Part shown: positions 9,301 to 20,176 of the stretch, in pieces
How the letters are laid out: every line of letters starts with the position of its first letter
Position numbering within the stretch: the first letter of the stretch is position 1
Source: Thermodesulfobacteriota bacterium
GTDB lineage: Bacteria; Desulfobacterota_D; UBA1144; Nemesobacterales; UBA2774
Direction: 5' to 3'
Length of the DNA: 64,000 nucleotides
NCBI GenBank assembly: GCA_965223335.1
Contig: OZ244991.1
Coordinates: 1,568,001 to 1,632,000 of the forward strand
Translations under genes and position numbers: made by a program
Notes under the pieces: model-generated
What the model saw: only the letters and a program-made list of their open reading frames with translations
Told to the model about the DNA's origin: nothing
The model's database searches: none

Positions 9301-10095
9301 TTAACTACAAAAATTCAGTTCTGTGATCAGTTCTACTTCACCCATTTTGTTTAGATATTCGTTATATTTTAATATCCCTTTGCGCTCATTGGGACCTAGG
9401 TTGTAGAAGATCCTTTCAGTCAAATATCGCAGACATGCATCCTCGGGAATATCGATTACCTTTGATTCTTTAGACGCTATTTTCTCTACATCCTGCATCC
9501 CGAGATCAAATGACTGCTTGAGTGCGTCCAGTACACCGCTTAGTTCAGTGTCTTGGTGTGCTGCAAATACTGCATACACAAACGGTGTGCAGGTGTACTC
9601 GGTCCATAGTTCTCCCAAATCGTAAACATTGTAGCCGTTTGGAGGGTTCAGGCAATACTCAAGCCCGGTGTTTCCAATAATCATGCCCCCGTCTACGTCA
9701 TCGAGAAAACCGCTAGATGGCGTTTTGGGGACGTATTGGGGTTTAACCCCCACAAACAACTCCATGATAATCCCTAGAAGCGCCGTCGAGCTCTGGGACC
9801 TGTTATCGACAGCGATCAGTTTGGTTTGTTCAATCTCTTTTTTTGTAACCAGCACCACACTGTCAACTTTGCCGTTAGAGCTTATACATAGATCGGGCAA
9901 CACCATGTAATCGTTATGTTTAAGTAACTCGGCAACAGGTATGAGGCCCAGATCCACTTGGCGGGCTCGAAGCATCTGGGAGAGCTCCGAGGGAGGGACA
10001 CTCACAACATTGAGGTCGTGCTCAAAGAGGTTGTTCTCTATACCGTACAAAAGGGGTTTTGCATTTAGGAACGGTACTGAACCGAGAGTGGTCAA
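9301..10095 (-). CDS. mqnA: Chorismate dehydratase (futalosine pathway)
   Basis: VPFLNAKPL, PSEL, VDSV, SQSS, DLGELW, PFVYA; adjacent to mqnD. Confidence 0.87.
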   Translation of the reverse strand: MTTLGSVPFLNAKPLLYGIENNLFEHDLNVVSVPPSELSQMLRARQVDLGLIPVAELLKHNDYMVLPDLCISSNGKVDSVVLVTKKEIEQTKLIAVDNRSQSSTALLGIIMELFVGVKPQYVPKTPSSGFLDDVDGGMIIGNTGLEYCLNPPNGYNVYDLGELWTEYTCTPFVYAVFAAHQDTELSGVLDALKQSFDLGMQDVEKIASKESKVIDIPEDACLRYLTERIFYNLGPNERKGILKYNEYLNKMGEVELITELNFCS

Positions 10096-10153
10096 TCATT
10101 ATCTCCTGTTTGTATAAGTTCTTGGTGTATATAAAGGATAAGGAAAATAATTT

Positions 10154-11203
10154 CTATAGTAAGCTTAATTCCCCTTCCCATTTTTTAGGCAAGAATATAC
10201 TTTCGTAAATAGATATCGCAAATGTATCGGTCATCCCCGCGATGAAATCGCACACGGTGCGCTCTACGGAGTCTTCTTCTCGCGGTTTCCGTTTGTAGTG
10301 GGTCTCTAGTTCTCGGGGGTTTTCACAAAAGTATTCGTAGAGCTCTTTAACGACCTTCTGTGCCTTTATAAAATTGTTTCTAATCTTATCATTCATATAT
10401 ACGGTGTTAAACAGGTACTCTCTTAGTTCGAGCATTGCCTGTTCGACCTCGGGGCTTACTTTGACTATGCCATTTGGGTCATTCTGAGTTTCATGAATGA
10501 TATCGGTTACCATTCTGTTTATTCTTTTAGAGTTGGTTGTGCCAAGCACATCGATGCAGTCCTTGGGGACGTCTTCAATGCTGATTATCTCTGCACGGAT
10601 CGCATCGTCCAGGTCGTGGTTGGCATAAGCCACCAGGTCCGAGATCCTCACAACCTGCCCCTCCATGGTCTCGGGCATGATCTTGGGGTTCTCTAACGGG
10701 CCCATACCCTTGGAGTGTTTCGAGATACCGTCGCGCACCTCGTAGGTGAGGTTAAGACCCTTGCCCCCGCGTTCCAACACATCTACAACCCTAAGGCTGT
10801 GTATGACGTGCTTAAACCCCTCGGGGTAGATCTCGTTTAGCATTGCCTCGCCGGCGTGGCCAAACGGGGTGTGCCCCAGGTCGTGTCCCAGTGCTATGGC
10901 CTCTGTCAGGTCTTCGTTAAGTCGTAGTGCCCTTGATATGGTCCTTGCGATCTGGGCTACCTCGATTACATGCGTCAAACGCGTGCGGTAATGGTCGTCT
11001 GTAGGGGAGAGAAACACCTGGGTCTTGTGCTTCATCCTTCTGAACGATTTCGAGTGGATTATTCTGTCACGGTCCCGCTGGTAGTCTGTACGTACCCCGC
11101 AGGGCTCTTCGGGTGTTATTCTCCCCTTGGACTCAGCACTAAGCGATGCGTGGGGGGATAGCGACTCTCTTTCAATCTGTTCGGTTTTTTGTCGGATGGA
11201 CAT
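10154..11203 (-). CDS. dgt: Deoxyguanosinetriphosphate triphosphohydrolase-like HD protein
   Basis: RDRDRIIHSKSFRR..KTQVF, RTRLTH, HDLGHTPFGHAGE, DFIAGMTD. Confidence 0.92.
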   Translation of the reverse strand: MSIRQKTEQIERESLSPHASLSAESKGRITPEEPCGVRTDYQRDRDRIIHSKSFRRMKHKTQVFLSPTDDHYRTRLTHVIEVAQIARTISRALRLNEDLTEAIALGHDLGHTPFGHAGEAMLNEIYPEGFKHVIHSLRVVDVLERGGKGLNLTYEVRDGISKHSKGMGPLENPKIMPETMEGQVVRISDLVAYANHDLDDAIRAEIISIEDVPKDCIDVLGTTNSKRINRMVTDIIHETQNDPNGIVKVSPEVEQAMLELREYLFNTVYMNDKIRNNFIKAQKVVKELYEYFCENPRELETHYKRKPREEDSVERTVCDFIAGMTDTFAISIYESIFLPKKWEGELSLL

Positions 11204-11206
11204 GTT

Positions 11207-11968
11207 TTATACTCTTACCGATACACCCTGTTCTTTCATAAAGGCTTTAGCTTCCGCTATTGAGTATTCACCGTAATGAAATATTGAAGCCACTAGCACT
11301 GCGTCTGCTTCCCCGAGTTTTACACCCTCGGCCAGGTGGGCCAGGTTGCCTGCACCCCCCGATGCTATCACAGGGATGCCCACCGCTCTCGCCACCGCCT
11401 TTGTGAGCGTGAGGTCATAGCCCGACTTGGTGCCGTCTTTGTCCATGCTTGTAAGCAGTATCTCGCCTGCCCCGTTGGATTCCATTTTGGTGACCCATTC
11501 TAGAGCGTCTATGCCTGTGGGGTTCCTACCCCCGTGTGTGTAAACCTCCCATCGGTCTTTGCCTGCTGACCTTGCGTCCACTGCAACCACGATGCACTGG
11601 CTTCCGAACCGATCCGCGGCCTCTTTTACAAACTCGGGGTTTTTTACCGCTGCCGTGTTTATCGAGACCTTATCGGCACCTGCCAATAAAAGCGCCCTTA
11701 CATCCTCAAGCGTGCGCACACCCCCGCCCACAGTGAGAGGGACAAACACCTCCCCCGCGGTCTGCTCCACCACATGAATCATGGTGTTTCTCTCTTCGTG
11801 CGAAGCTGTAATATCGAGAAAGCATATTTCGTCAGCACCCTGTTCGCTGTACTTTTTTGCAATCTCCACAGGGTCGCCCGCATCACGCAGGTTTACAAAA
11901 TTCACACCTTTCACTACGCGCCCGTCTTTAACGTCGAGGCATGGGATTATTCTTTTGGATAGTGTCAT
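11207..11968 (-). CDS. hisF: Imidazole glycerol phosphate synthase cyclase subunit
   Basis: [39 protein letters not shown]. Confidence 0.97.
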   Translation of the reverse strand: MTLSKRIIPCLDVKDGRVVKGVNFVNLRDAGDPVEIAKKYSEQGADEICFLDITASHEERNTMIHVVEQTAGEVFVPLTVGGGVRTLEDVRALLLAGADKVSINTAAVKNPEFVKEAADRFGSQCIVVAVDARSAGKDRWEVYTHGGRNPTGIDALEWVTKMESNGAGEILLTSMDKDGTKSGYDLTLTKAVARAVGIPVIASGGAGNLAHLAEGVKLGEADAVLVASIFHYGEYSIAEAKAFMKEQGVSVRV

Positions 11969-12687
11969 GAGTATTTCTCTATGGCTGCTCGCAGATCTAT
12001 GTCCCCGGTGTAGATCGAGCGGCCGAGTATCACTCCGGTTAACCCCTCCGGTTCCAATGTCGATAGTTTGTCTAGGTCCTGCATCCGTGCTATCCCACCC
12101 GATGCTACTACGGGCATGGGGGATGAATCCAAAAATGATTTAACCGAGTCCAAGTTTATGCCCTCCATTGTGCCGTCGCGATCCACATTGGTAAATATAG
12201 TTATAGGTACCCCGGCCTCCTCAAGGCGTGTTAGTACCGAGGCCGTGTCCTCTTCCACCACCTCTTTCCAGCCCCTAACTGCTATGCGCCCGTTTTTAGT
12301 ATCTAGGCCCACGGCTATCTTTCCCGGGTAGAGGTTGCATGCATCTTTGACAAAATCGGGGTCTGTAATAGCAGCGGTGCCTATTATTACCCTGCTTACC
12401 CCAAGCTCGATGTATCTCGCGACTGTGTCAAGGTTTCTTATCCCTCCGCCCAACTGGACCTCGCACGTAACACTTTTTACAATCTGTTCGATGGATTCGC
12501 TGTTTTTAGGGTTCCCTGTGAAAGCACCGTCCAGGTCCACAACGTGGATCCATTGTGCTCCCAGGCTCTGCCACTTACGGGCGATCTCAGCAGGGTTCTC
12601 CGAAAATACGGTCTCTGTTCCTTCCTCGCCCTTTAGCAGTCGCACACATCTGCCGTCTTTTAGATCAATTGCGGGTATTATCAGCAT
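11965..12687 (-). CDS. hisA: ProFAR isomerase
   Basis: [32 protein letters not shown]; 4-nt overlap with hisF. Confidence 0.96.
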   Translation of the reverse strand: MLIIPAIDLKDGRCVRLLKGEEGTETVFSENPAEIARKWQSLGAQWIHVVDLDGAFTGNPKNSESIEQIVKSVTCEVQLGGGIRNLDTVARYIELGVSRVIIGTAAITDPDFVKDACNLYPGKIAVGLDTKNGRIAVRGWKEVVEEDTASVLTRLEEAGVPITIFTNVDRDGTMEGINLDSVKSFLDSSPMPVVASGGIARMQDLDKLSTLEPEGLTGVILGRSIYTGDIDLRAAIEKYS

Positions 12688-13356
12688 TCAGTTCTCCAGT
12701 AGGTAGTTGTTTAGTCTTTTTGCTACTTCCCTAGCACCCTCGACGGCGAGTTGGTCCGAGGTAATCCATTTACCGCCCCTCTTTACAAATTTTTTAAACT
12801 CAAACACGTTTTGGAGTAAGGGTTTTTGGGTCTCTGTAAAATAGGTTCCCCAATAGGTAGAACCGTCTTTAGAGCTCACAAGGTCTATGCTGAATGCCAC
12901 CGAAGCGGGCTTCTCCACCCCATAGTCCGATCCCTCACGTTCTCTGTAGACAGAGATATAACCCACAACTACTGCGTCCACACCCAGGCTGCGCCCTGCA
13001 GTTGCAGCGGTGTTTTTATAGTAAAAAAGGTTGTTGTCATCTATGAGTTTCATGAACTCCTGCTCGGCCTCTTTAAGCGGGACGATCTCGACCCCTTTTA
13101 CCTTTGTGAGCAGCGCTTCGTAAAGTGTTTGAGTCACGAGCCTCTCCTCAGGGGAGATGAACTGCTCTTGCTCTTCCCCTGTAAAATCGGCCTTTGATGT
13201 CAGTGGCAGGATTGCAAGGGTTTTAATCTTTTCGGGCTTATTAACCTCGTTGTCTTTGGTTAGATCGGGGTCCTCGGCAATCGATTCCAGACGGGTTAGA
13301 CCTACTGTTAACAACGCGGCTATTAGCACTAGAATTAAACTCTTATTTATTATCAT
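12688..13356 (-). CDS. Exported/membrane-anchored protein with CsgG/TolB-N-like fold
   Basis: N-terminal hydrophobic signal; LAILP, LGVDAVVVG, REREG..YG...PASVAF pattern. Confidence 0.55.
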   Translation of the reverse strand: MIINKSLILVLIAALLTVGLTRLESIAEDPDLTKDNEVNKPEKIKTLAILPLTSKADFTGEEQEQFISPEERLVTQTLYEALLTKVKGVEIVPLKEAEQEFMKLIDDNNLFYYKNTAATAGRSLGVDAVVVGYISVYREREGSDYGVEKPASVAFSIDLVSSKDGSTYWGTYFTETQKPLLQNVFEFKKFVKRGGKWITSDQLAVEGAREVAKRLNNYLLEN

Positions 13357-13459
13357 CTCGGTTATAACTATACTGGATTATTGGGGTTGTAAAAGAAATC
13401 CGGGGTGCGTTTATACAGCAGGTAGTTGAAATAATTGAGCGTCTATAGATAATAGTCCT

Positions 13460-13870
13460 ATGCAATACTGGCTAGTTAAATCCGAACCCTTCAAATATTC
13501 GTGGGACATGTTTTTGCAAGACGGTGAGACCTATTGGGATGGGGTTAGAAACTACCAGGCTAGAAACAACCTTAAGGCCATGAAAAAAGGTGACCGGGTC
13601 TTTTTTTATCATAGCAACGAGGGGCTTGAGGTAGTAGGTGTAGCAGAGGTTACCAGGGAGTTTTACCAAGACCCGACTACAGAGGACGACAGATGGGTAG
13701 TAGTGGATCTAAGGCCGGTCGAAACTTTGGCTTCTCCAATATCCTTATCTCGAATTAAACAAGACAAGACACTAAGTGAAATAGGGCTCATCAAACAGAG
13801 CAGGCTCTCGGTGATGCAGCTTGGGAAAAAGGAATTTGATATCATTCTCAAGATGGGTCGCGGCAAGTAG
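13460..13870 (+). CDS. EVE domain protein
   Basis: YWLVKSEP, WDGVRNYQARN, FFYHS, SRLSV. Confidence 0.93.
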   Translation: MQYWLVKSEPFKYSWDMFLQDGETYWDGVRNYQARNNLKAMKKGDRVFFYHSNEGLEVVGVAEVTREFYQDPTTEDDRWVVVDLRPVETLASPISLSRIKQDKTLSEIGLIKQSRLSVMQLGKKEFDIILKMGRGK

Positions 13871-13955
13871 TGAACACCTACAAAGTCCTGCTTTCCTCTC
13901 AACAAACATTCTTTAGAATTAAGGTAACGCTAAATTACTGGTATTATGTAAATAG

Positions 13956-14681
13956 ATGGAAATCTTGGCACTGTTAACGACCCTGATTGCTATATTTTTA
14001 CTCACTAAAGTAGCCGAACCTCGGACTGAATCGGATAAATACGAAAAAGAGCGATGGGAGATGGTCGAAAAGCAGATCGTAAACCGCGGGATAAGGGATA
14101 AGATGGTTATAGAAGCGATGCTCAAGGTTCCTCGCCACAAGTTTGTGCCTGAGGATTTGGTTGACAGGGCCTACGATGACGGCCCCCTGCCCATAGGTAT
14201 GGGCCAGACCATCTCGCAACCCTACATCGTAGCGCTTATGACCGAGCTTCTTTTGCCGGGACCCGGCAAATCCATTCTAGAGATAGGGACGGGTTCGGGT
14301 TACCAATCGGCGGTTCTGGCCGAGACGGGTACCGATGTGTATACGGTAGAGATTGTCGAAAAACTCGGATTGGCATCGAAAGAAAAGCTGCTCGAGTTAG
14401 GGTATAAGAACATCAATTTTATGATAGGTGACGGATATTCGGGTTGGGAGGAGCACTCACCATACGATGGGATCATACTTACGGCTGCTCCGGGTACCGT
14501 TCCCAAGCCTCTGGTAAACCAGCTCAAGGTTGGGGGTAGAATGGTAATACCCGTAGGTGGAAGCGATCAACAGTTGTTGCTAATTACGAAAACCGACGAG
14601 GGTATAGAGAAAAAATATGTGACCTCTGTTAGGTTTGTTCCTATGACAGGGTTATCTGTGGGACCCGGCCGAACCGCATAA
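13956..14681 (+). CDS. pcm: Protein-L-isoaspartate O-methyltransferase (with hydrophobic N-terminus)
   Basis: VPRHKFV, GQTISQPYIVA, LEIGTGSGYQ, VRFVPM. Confidence 0.95.
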   Translation: MEILALLTTLIAIFLLTKVAEPRTESDKYEKERWEMVEKQIVNRGIRDKMVIEAMLKVPRHKFVPEDLVDRAYDDGPLPIGMGQTISQPYIVALMTELLLPGPGKSILEIGTGSGYQSAVLAETGTDVYTVEIVEKLGLASKEKLLELGYKNINFMIGDGYSGWEEHSPYDGIILTAAPGTVPKPLVNQLKVGGRMVIPVGGSDQQLLLITKTDEGIEKKYVTSVRFVPMTGLSVGPGRTA

Positions 14682-14720
14682 TTCGGTGTTCATATTAGGC
14701 CGGAACTAAGGCGGTCCTCA

Positions 14721-15719
14721 TTATATATCGAGACTAACTATATTTCCTTTTTGAACCTGCCGAGTGCTTTCCATAATAATGGCGGTTGAGCTCTGTTCAC
14801 GTACCTCTAGGACCACCATCCTGCCGATCTTGGCCCCAGGAATTGTAACCTTTCTACCAAGGTCTGGGTCATATGACTTGCGCGGGAGTGTGAAGATTGA
14901 TAACGTGTGGCCGGGGACTATCTCATTTACACGTCCAAGATCGATATACACAATGTCGTTACGGCCGGTGAGCTCTACATTGTTTTTAGTGTCGATTATA
15001 AATCCATCGGCTCTAAGAGTACCCTTTTTCATCACCACCTCTTTTACAAACGGTTCAAGAGGGCGTACGCGTGCACCACGCGTGATCTCGCGGTAAGACT
15101 CCACTATCTTTGCCACTGATTGCCGCTTGCCGAGGACCTCTACTATTTCCATGATCCCTAGTATTGCTACTTTATGTCCGGCTTTCCTACCTGTTATGGG
15201 GTGTAGAACTACCTTGCCTGTACGGAAGACGGTCAGCAGGTCACCCGGGCGCATATGATCCTTTGTGCCGACGTTTACATAGACCATATCGCCCTCACCC
15301 AAAAGGATCTTTGGGGGCTCCGAGGTCAGTATGGTGCCCATGTGCTCCCACTCGTCGGGTGTGATGAACCCCTCGGTCCCTCCCCTGGAATAGTAATAAA
15401 CCGGTGGGGGCGGCTCTATATCTTTGAAAGATACCTTCTTTGTTTTCGGTTCTATCTTTACTGTAGGTATGGTTGATTTTCCTTTGAGCGACAGCACATC
15501 GCCAGGGTAAATACGGTGCGGGTTGTCGATGTGGGTGTTTACTGCCCAGAGTCTGGGCCATAGAAGGGGGTTACTAAAAAACCTATCCGATATATCCCAC
15601 ATGGTGTCTCCGGGTTCTACAACATATATAGTGACACCACCTTTGGGTGTGGGTAAACTACCTTGGGCCATGGCCAAGGTACTTATTAGAAACAGTATTA
15701 GAATTGATCTTACATACAT
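14721..15719 (-). CDS. LysM peptidoglycan-binding exported protein (TsaP-like)
   Basis: Signal peptide; YVVEPGDTMWDIS...WPRLW..N..IDNPHRIYPGD. Confidence 0.8.
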   Translation of the reverse strand: MYVRSILILFLISTLAMAQGSLPTPKGGVTIYVVEPGDTMWDISDRFFSNPLLWPRLWAVNTHIDNPHRIYPGDVLSLKGKSTIPTVKIEPKTKKVSFKDIEPPPPVYYYSRGGTEGFITPDEWEHMGTILTSEPPKILLGEGDMVYVNVGTKDHMRPGDLLTVFRTGKVVLHPITGRKAGHKVAILGIMEIVEVLGKRQSVAKIVESYREITRGARVRPLEPFVKEVVMKKGTLRADGFIIDTKNNVELTGRNDIVYIDLGRVNEIVPGHTLSIFTLPRKSYDPDLGRKVTIPGAKIGRMVVLEVREQSSTAIIMESTRQVQKGNIVSLDI

Positions 15720-15912
15720 CCCACCATACCTCCGTTTAGTGTATAAACAGCTACACCATTGTCATATACATAATTCTTATAGTACAATTTTACACGCAAT
15801 TGAGAAAAATTGAAAGAGAAAATTATCATCATAACGCTTTTATATAAAGAACTTATAGACTATACTTAAGAGCCAATCTAAAGTTTCCAAAGTTCTTAAC
15901 GCAAAGAATACT

Positions 15913-17406
15913 ATGGAAAATCTCGTATTAATCAATCAAACGTTTAATGAAACCAGGGTGGCTGTGATCGAAAACGGCCTGCTCTCCGAGCTCTACATCG
16001 ACCGTGAATCCTCTACCAGGATCGCGGGGAATATATATAAAGGAAGGGTCGGTAAGGTTATCCCTGGGATGCAGGCAGCCTTTGTTAACATCGGGCTTGA
16101 GCGATCGGGGTTTATCTCTGTTGAGGATGTTCGAGAGGAGCCGATCTTCGATCTTTTTCTTGATGACGAAGAAGACGATACCTCGTCATACCTACGCTCC
16201 AGGGCAAGACCTTCCATACAGGATATCCTACGTGACGGCCAAGAGGTTATGGTCCAGGTGCTAAAAGAGTCTGTAGGGGAAAAGGGGGCAAAGCTTACCT
16301 CTTACGCAGCAATACCCGGTAAGTATCTTGTGTTTTTGGGCACGCTCGACATTGTGGGGGTATCTAGAAAGATAGTGGACGAGACCGAGCGCACGAGGTT
16401 AAGCAGCATCATAAAGGCTATTAAGCCCGAGGGTGTGGGGTTAATTGCACGAACGGCGAGCATGGGGAAATCCGACACTGAGATACGAGGTGACATGGAG
16501 TACCTAATAGAGATGTGGTCAAGGGTTATGGACAAATATGATAAGCAGAAGTCACCTTGCCTTCTTTACGAAGAGCCGAAACTTTACTTAAAAGCCGCAA
16601 GGGACATTGTATCGATGGATGCCGATAAGGTTATAGTTGATTCCCCTGAGGTTTACAGCGAGATCATAAATTACATACAGACCAGGGGTGACCTCTCGGA
16701 TGTGAGTATTGAACTATACGAAAAGGACGAGCCTCTATTCGACAAGTTCAAATTAGAGCAAGAGATTCACAAGATCTATGATAAAAAGGTATGGCTCAAA
16801 TCAGGAGGTTACCTAATCATTGAAGAGGCCGAGGGGCTTACCGTTGTTGATGTTAATTCTGGGAAATACCATAGCGGGAAGGACCAAGAAGAGACAATAT
16901 TCAATATAAACATGGAGGCTACCAAAGAGATCGTGCGGCAGATCAGGCTCCGCAATCTTGTAGGGATTATTGTAATTGATTTCATAGACCTCAAGAACCG
17001 CGAGCTCCGTGACCAGATCGGTGCTGAGTTTAATGAATCGCTGAAGCGAGATAAAGCAAGATCGGTAGTGCTTGAGATGTCTACATTCGGGGTTGTGCAG
17101 ATGACGCGCCAGCGCCAGCGCGAGAGTGTGATCTCCGAGCTCTCCGAGGAGTGTGATCAGTGTAATGGACACGGGTACATCAAATCGAGGGAAACGATAC
17201 TATACGAGATACTCCGCGGCATAAAGAGGCAGGTCGCAAAACCGAGCATACAAAAAATCGTAGTCCAGGCAAACCCCGAAGTTATTGAGAGGCTTATGGA
17301 AACAGAGGGTGAAAACCTAAAAGAGCTCGAGTCTAAGAATGGCAACGAGATTGAGCTCCGCCCAATAGAGTCGAGAATGGATAAATACAAGATCCAAGCT
17401 GATTAA
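15913..17406 (+). CDS. rng: Ribonuclease G (Rne/Rng family)
   Basis: GNIYKGRV, PGMQAAFV, DVNSG, LRNLVGIIVIDFID, CxxC Zn-link; no long C-terminal scaffold. Confidence 0.92.
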   Translation: MENLVLINQTFNETRVAVIENGLLSELYIDRESSTRIAGNIYKGRVGKVIPGMQAAFVNIGLERSGFISVEDVREEPIFDLFLDDEEDDTSSYLRSRARPSIQDILRDGQEVMVQVLKESVGEKGAKLTSYAAIPGKYLVFLGTLDIVGVSRKIVDETERTRLSSIIKAIKPEGVGLIARTASMGKSDTEIRGDMEYLIEMWSRVMDKYDKQKSPCLLYEEPKLYLKAARDIVSMDADKVIVDSPEVYSEIINYIQTRGDLSDVSIELYEKDEPLFDKFKLEQEIHKIYDKKVWLKSGGYLIIEEAEGLTVVDVNSGKYHSGKDQEETIFNINMEATKEIVRQIRLRNLVGIIVIDFIDLKNRELRDQIGAEFNESLKRDKARSVVLEMSTFGVVQMTRQRQRESVISELSEECDQCNGHGYIKSRETILYEILRGIKRQVAKPSIQKIVVQANPEVIERLMETEGENLKELESKNGNEIELRPIESRMDKYKIQAD

Positions 17407-17487
17407 TACAGACCATATTTTTTATTCGTGTGTATAATTGTAATAACCGAAGTTTAGAGTTTGTACTATATGAATGCGAGGAACCAT

Positions 17488-18234
17488 ATGCTGAGAAATT
17501 TATTTTTATCCTTAGTACTGTTAGCTGTATTGGTGGGGTGTGGCAAAGATGAAGAAACCCCAGAGGAAAGCACAGCAGTTGTAGAGGATCTAGGTGATGA
17601 GGATGTTGTGCTCGAAGACGACCAAGAAGGCGGGGAATCCGACACGAACTATGATTACGGGTCAAGCTCACCTGTTACAGCCCCTAGACTAAGTTCAATT
17701 GAGATAGTTGCCCTGTCGGAAGACCTGCGCGACGGGTTTAAGGCAAAACCCAAAACCACTCAAACGGACGAGAGTATAAGGTTTAGGTACGAATGGAAAC
17801 ATAACGGCCAAGATCTCTACGATGATAACGAAGATGTATTGGAGTGGAGGGATGAATTTGCCCGAGGCGATTCGATTACTGTAATCGTGACCCCTTATGA
17901 TTCCACTTCCGAAGGAGTGTGGAGTGCAGAGGGAACTATCACGATCCCAAACGCTCCGCCACGGATCACATCCGAGCCCGACACATCGTTTGAAGAGGGG
18001 AAATTCACGTACAAGGTTAAAGCCGAGGACCCCGATGGCGACAGCATTGACTATAGCATCAGGAACTCTCCTGCCGGGATGACCATAGAACCGGCAACGG
18101 GTGTTATAACATGGGAATACGATGCCGAGGACAAGGGTGATTATGCCGTAACAATCATCGTCACTGATTCCGAAGGTGCACAGACCTCCCAGGAACTCAA
18201 AATGACTATACCTGATGAAACTGAGGCCGAATAA
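17488..18234 (+). CDS. Lipoprotein with C-terminal Ig-like (He_PIG/cadherin-like) domains
   Basis: GAGGA RBS; lipobox LVGC; NAPPRITS, AEDPDGD, PAGMTIEPATGVITW. Confidence 0.75.
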   Translation: MLRNLFLSLVLLAVLVGCGKDEETPEESTAVVEDLGDEDVVLEDDQEGGESDTNYDYGSSSPVTAPRLSSIEIVALSEDLRDGFKAKPKTTQTDESIRFRYEWKHNGQDLYDDNEDVLEWRDEFARGDSITVIVTPYDSTSEGVWSAEGTITIPNAPPRITSEPDTSFEEGKFTYKVKAEDPDGDSIDYSIRNSPAGMTIEPATGVITWEYDAEDKGDYAVTIIVTDSEGAQTSQELKMTIPDETEAE

Positions 18235-18323
18235 GATACGTATCTATGGACTCCGGGTCGGTTAACTACTCTTAGTTGTTGCACGCGATACTACAAAAAT
18301 CATGAGTGACAAGGAGTAAAGAG

Positions 18324-18749
18324 ATGAGTGTGGGGAAGTTACAAAACATGTACCACGTTGCTGTGGCAGTGAACGACATCGAGAAGGTTGAGAAGCTCTA
18401 TGAAACCGCGTTGGGTCTTAACGTGGCACACAGGGAGGATGTAGAGGAGTTCGGGGTTAAGACCTCGATGCTGCTTCCCGAAAAAGGGGGTACTGCGATT
18501 GAGCTTATCCAGCCCATGTGGGAGGACTCTCCTATCTCAAAATTCCTAGCCAAAAACGGCGAGGGTGTACACCACATATGTTTTGAGGTGGACGATATAA
18601 AGAGTGCGCTCGAGCGCCTTAAGTCCCAAGGTGTAAGGTTGATAGACGAGGAGCCTAGGCCGGGCTCTTACGGTGCGATGGTTGCGTTTATCCACCCAAA
18701 GGAGATGAACGGCGTGCTCATAGAGCTTGCAGAGCTCCCAAAGAAATAG
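18324..18749 (+). CDS. mce: Methylmalonyl-CoA epimerase (VOC family)
   Basis: HVAVAV, IELIQP, KFL..NGEGVHHICFEV, FIHPK..GVLIEL; AAGGAG RBS. Confidence 0.88.
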   Translation: MSVGKLQNMYHVAVAVNDIEKVEKLYETALGLNVAHREDVEEFGVKTSMLLPEKGGTAIELIQPMWEDSPISKFLAKNGEGVHHICFEVDDIKSALERLKSQGVRLIDEEPRPGSYGAMVAFIHPKEMNGVLIELAELPKK

Positions 18750-18788
18750 CCCGGGTCCCGATTTCGTTATTCACCTGTGTATCCCAAC

Positions 18789-20126
18789 CTAAAGAATAAA
18801 ATATGCAAGCAGAGTGATTATCACTGCACACACTATATTTAGCTTTACACCTACCTTCATCATTGTGCGCTGTTTTATTCTCTCTGTACCGAACACAAGT
18901 GCGTTGGGTGGGGTTGCAACTGGCAGCATAAATGCGCAAGAGGCCGCAATCCCGACACTGAGAGCCAGAGTTTTTGGGCTTAGCTCTGGGGAGTCCAATG
19001 TGATGGCATAGAAAATGGGCACCATAATGGCAGCGCTTGCGGTGTTGCTTGCAACCTCGGTCAAGAAAATAACCAAGAGCACTGCCCCGAAAAGCAGTAT
19101 CAATACTCCGTATTTTAAGAGCGAGCCCTCAAGCAGTGAGGCCAGGAATTTACTCGCACCTGTTTCCGACAACACAGCGCTTAGTGCTAACCCGCCGCCG
19201 AACAAAAGCAGCACCCCCCAGTCTGCAAACCTCTCAATCTCTTTCCAGCGGATTGTGTTAGATAACACAAGGAGCACTATTGCCAACACAGCTACAATTG
19301 CGTCAAACCCGGTGCTGATGCCCATATACTCCGAGATAGGCTTGCTTAACAGCCAGAGCCCGACTGTAATAACGAATATAATTGATATGGTCACACTGCT
19401 CCGCTTGTCCAACACTGTCTTTTCAACTTCCATTGCACCTGTGCCCGTATCCAGTTTTGGCTTAAGTATGATGTAGAGCAGGCCGATTATTACGGGTAAC
19501 AGGATAATAACGATCGGCACTCCGACAAATGCCCAGTCCCTAAAGCTCATGCCCAGGTTGGCTGCCGTGATGGCGTTTGGGGGGCTGCCCACGATGGTGC
19601 CTATTCCCCCGATGTTTGCGGAATATGCCACACCCAAGAGTATAAACGCGTCTTCTCTCGGGCTCGGCTCACGGAGCGTTGAGATCATCCCAAGCGCTAT
19701 GGGGAGCATTATGGCCGCTGTGGCAGTGTTGCTTATCCACATGCTCATTGCGGCCGTAAATACAAATAGGCAGATTACGGAAAAATACATATTCCTGCCC
19801 GCCAGTTTGGTCAGATAACTTGCGAACAAACCGTCCAGGTTTTGCTTGTGGAGTGCAGCGGCCAATGCAAACCCGCCTAAGAACAAAAAGATTACTGGAT
19901 GGGCAAAGTTGCTAAGAGCGGTCTTTGTATCGAATATACCTGTTACTACTGCAAGGATAGGAACAAGCAGTGCGGTTACTGTAATGTTAAGCGCCTCCGT
20001 GAACCATAGTGTGGCAATGAAAAAGAGTATTGCCAGACCCTTGGCTATATCTTTATCTATCGGCAGTAAGCTGTAGAGGCTTATGGATATGAGGGCGGCT
20101 ATGATGATAACGGCAATTTTTTTCAT
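18789..20126 (-). CDS. SLC13/DASS sodium:dicarboxylate or sulfate symporter
   Basis: SMWISNTAT, GSPPNA, SNTAS, AFMLPVATPPNA. Confidence 0.93.
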   Translation of the reverse strand: MKKIAVIIIAALISISLYSLLPIDKDIAKGLAILFFIATLWFTEALNITVTALLVPILAVVTGIFDTKTALSNFAHPVIFLFLGGFALAAALHKQNLDGLFASYLTKLAGRNMYFSVICLFVFTAAMSMWISNTATAAIMLPIALGMISTLREPSPREDAFILLGVAYSANIGGIGTIVGSPPNAITAANLGMSFRDWAFVGVPIVIILLPVIIGLLYIILKPKLDTGTGAMEVEKTVLDKRSSVTISIIFVITVGLWLLSKPISEYMGISTGFDAIVAVLAIVLLVLSNTIRWKEIERFADWGVLLLFGGGLALSAVLSETGASKFLASLLEGSLLKYGVLILLFGAVLLVIFLTEVASNTASAAIMVPIFYAITLDSPELSPKTLALSVGIAASCAFMLPVATPPNALVFGTERIKQRTMMKVGVKLNIVCAVIITLLAYFIL

Positions 20127-20176
20127 TTGTTATAGCCTATACACTCTATGACTCGAGTAGCTATAACAATAGCATT

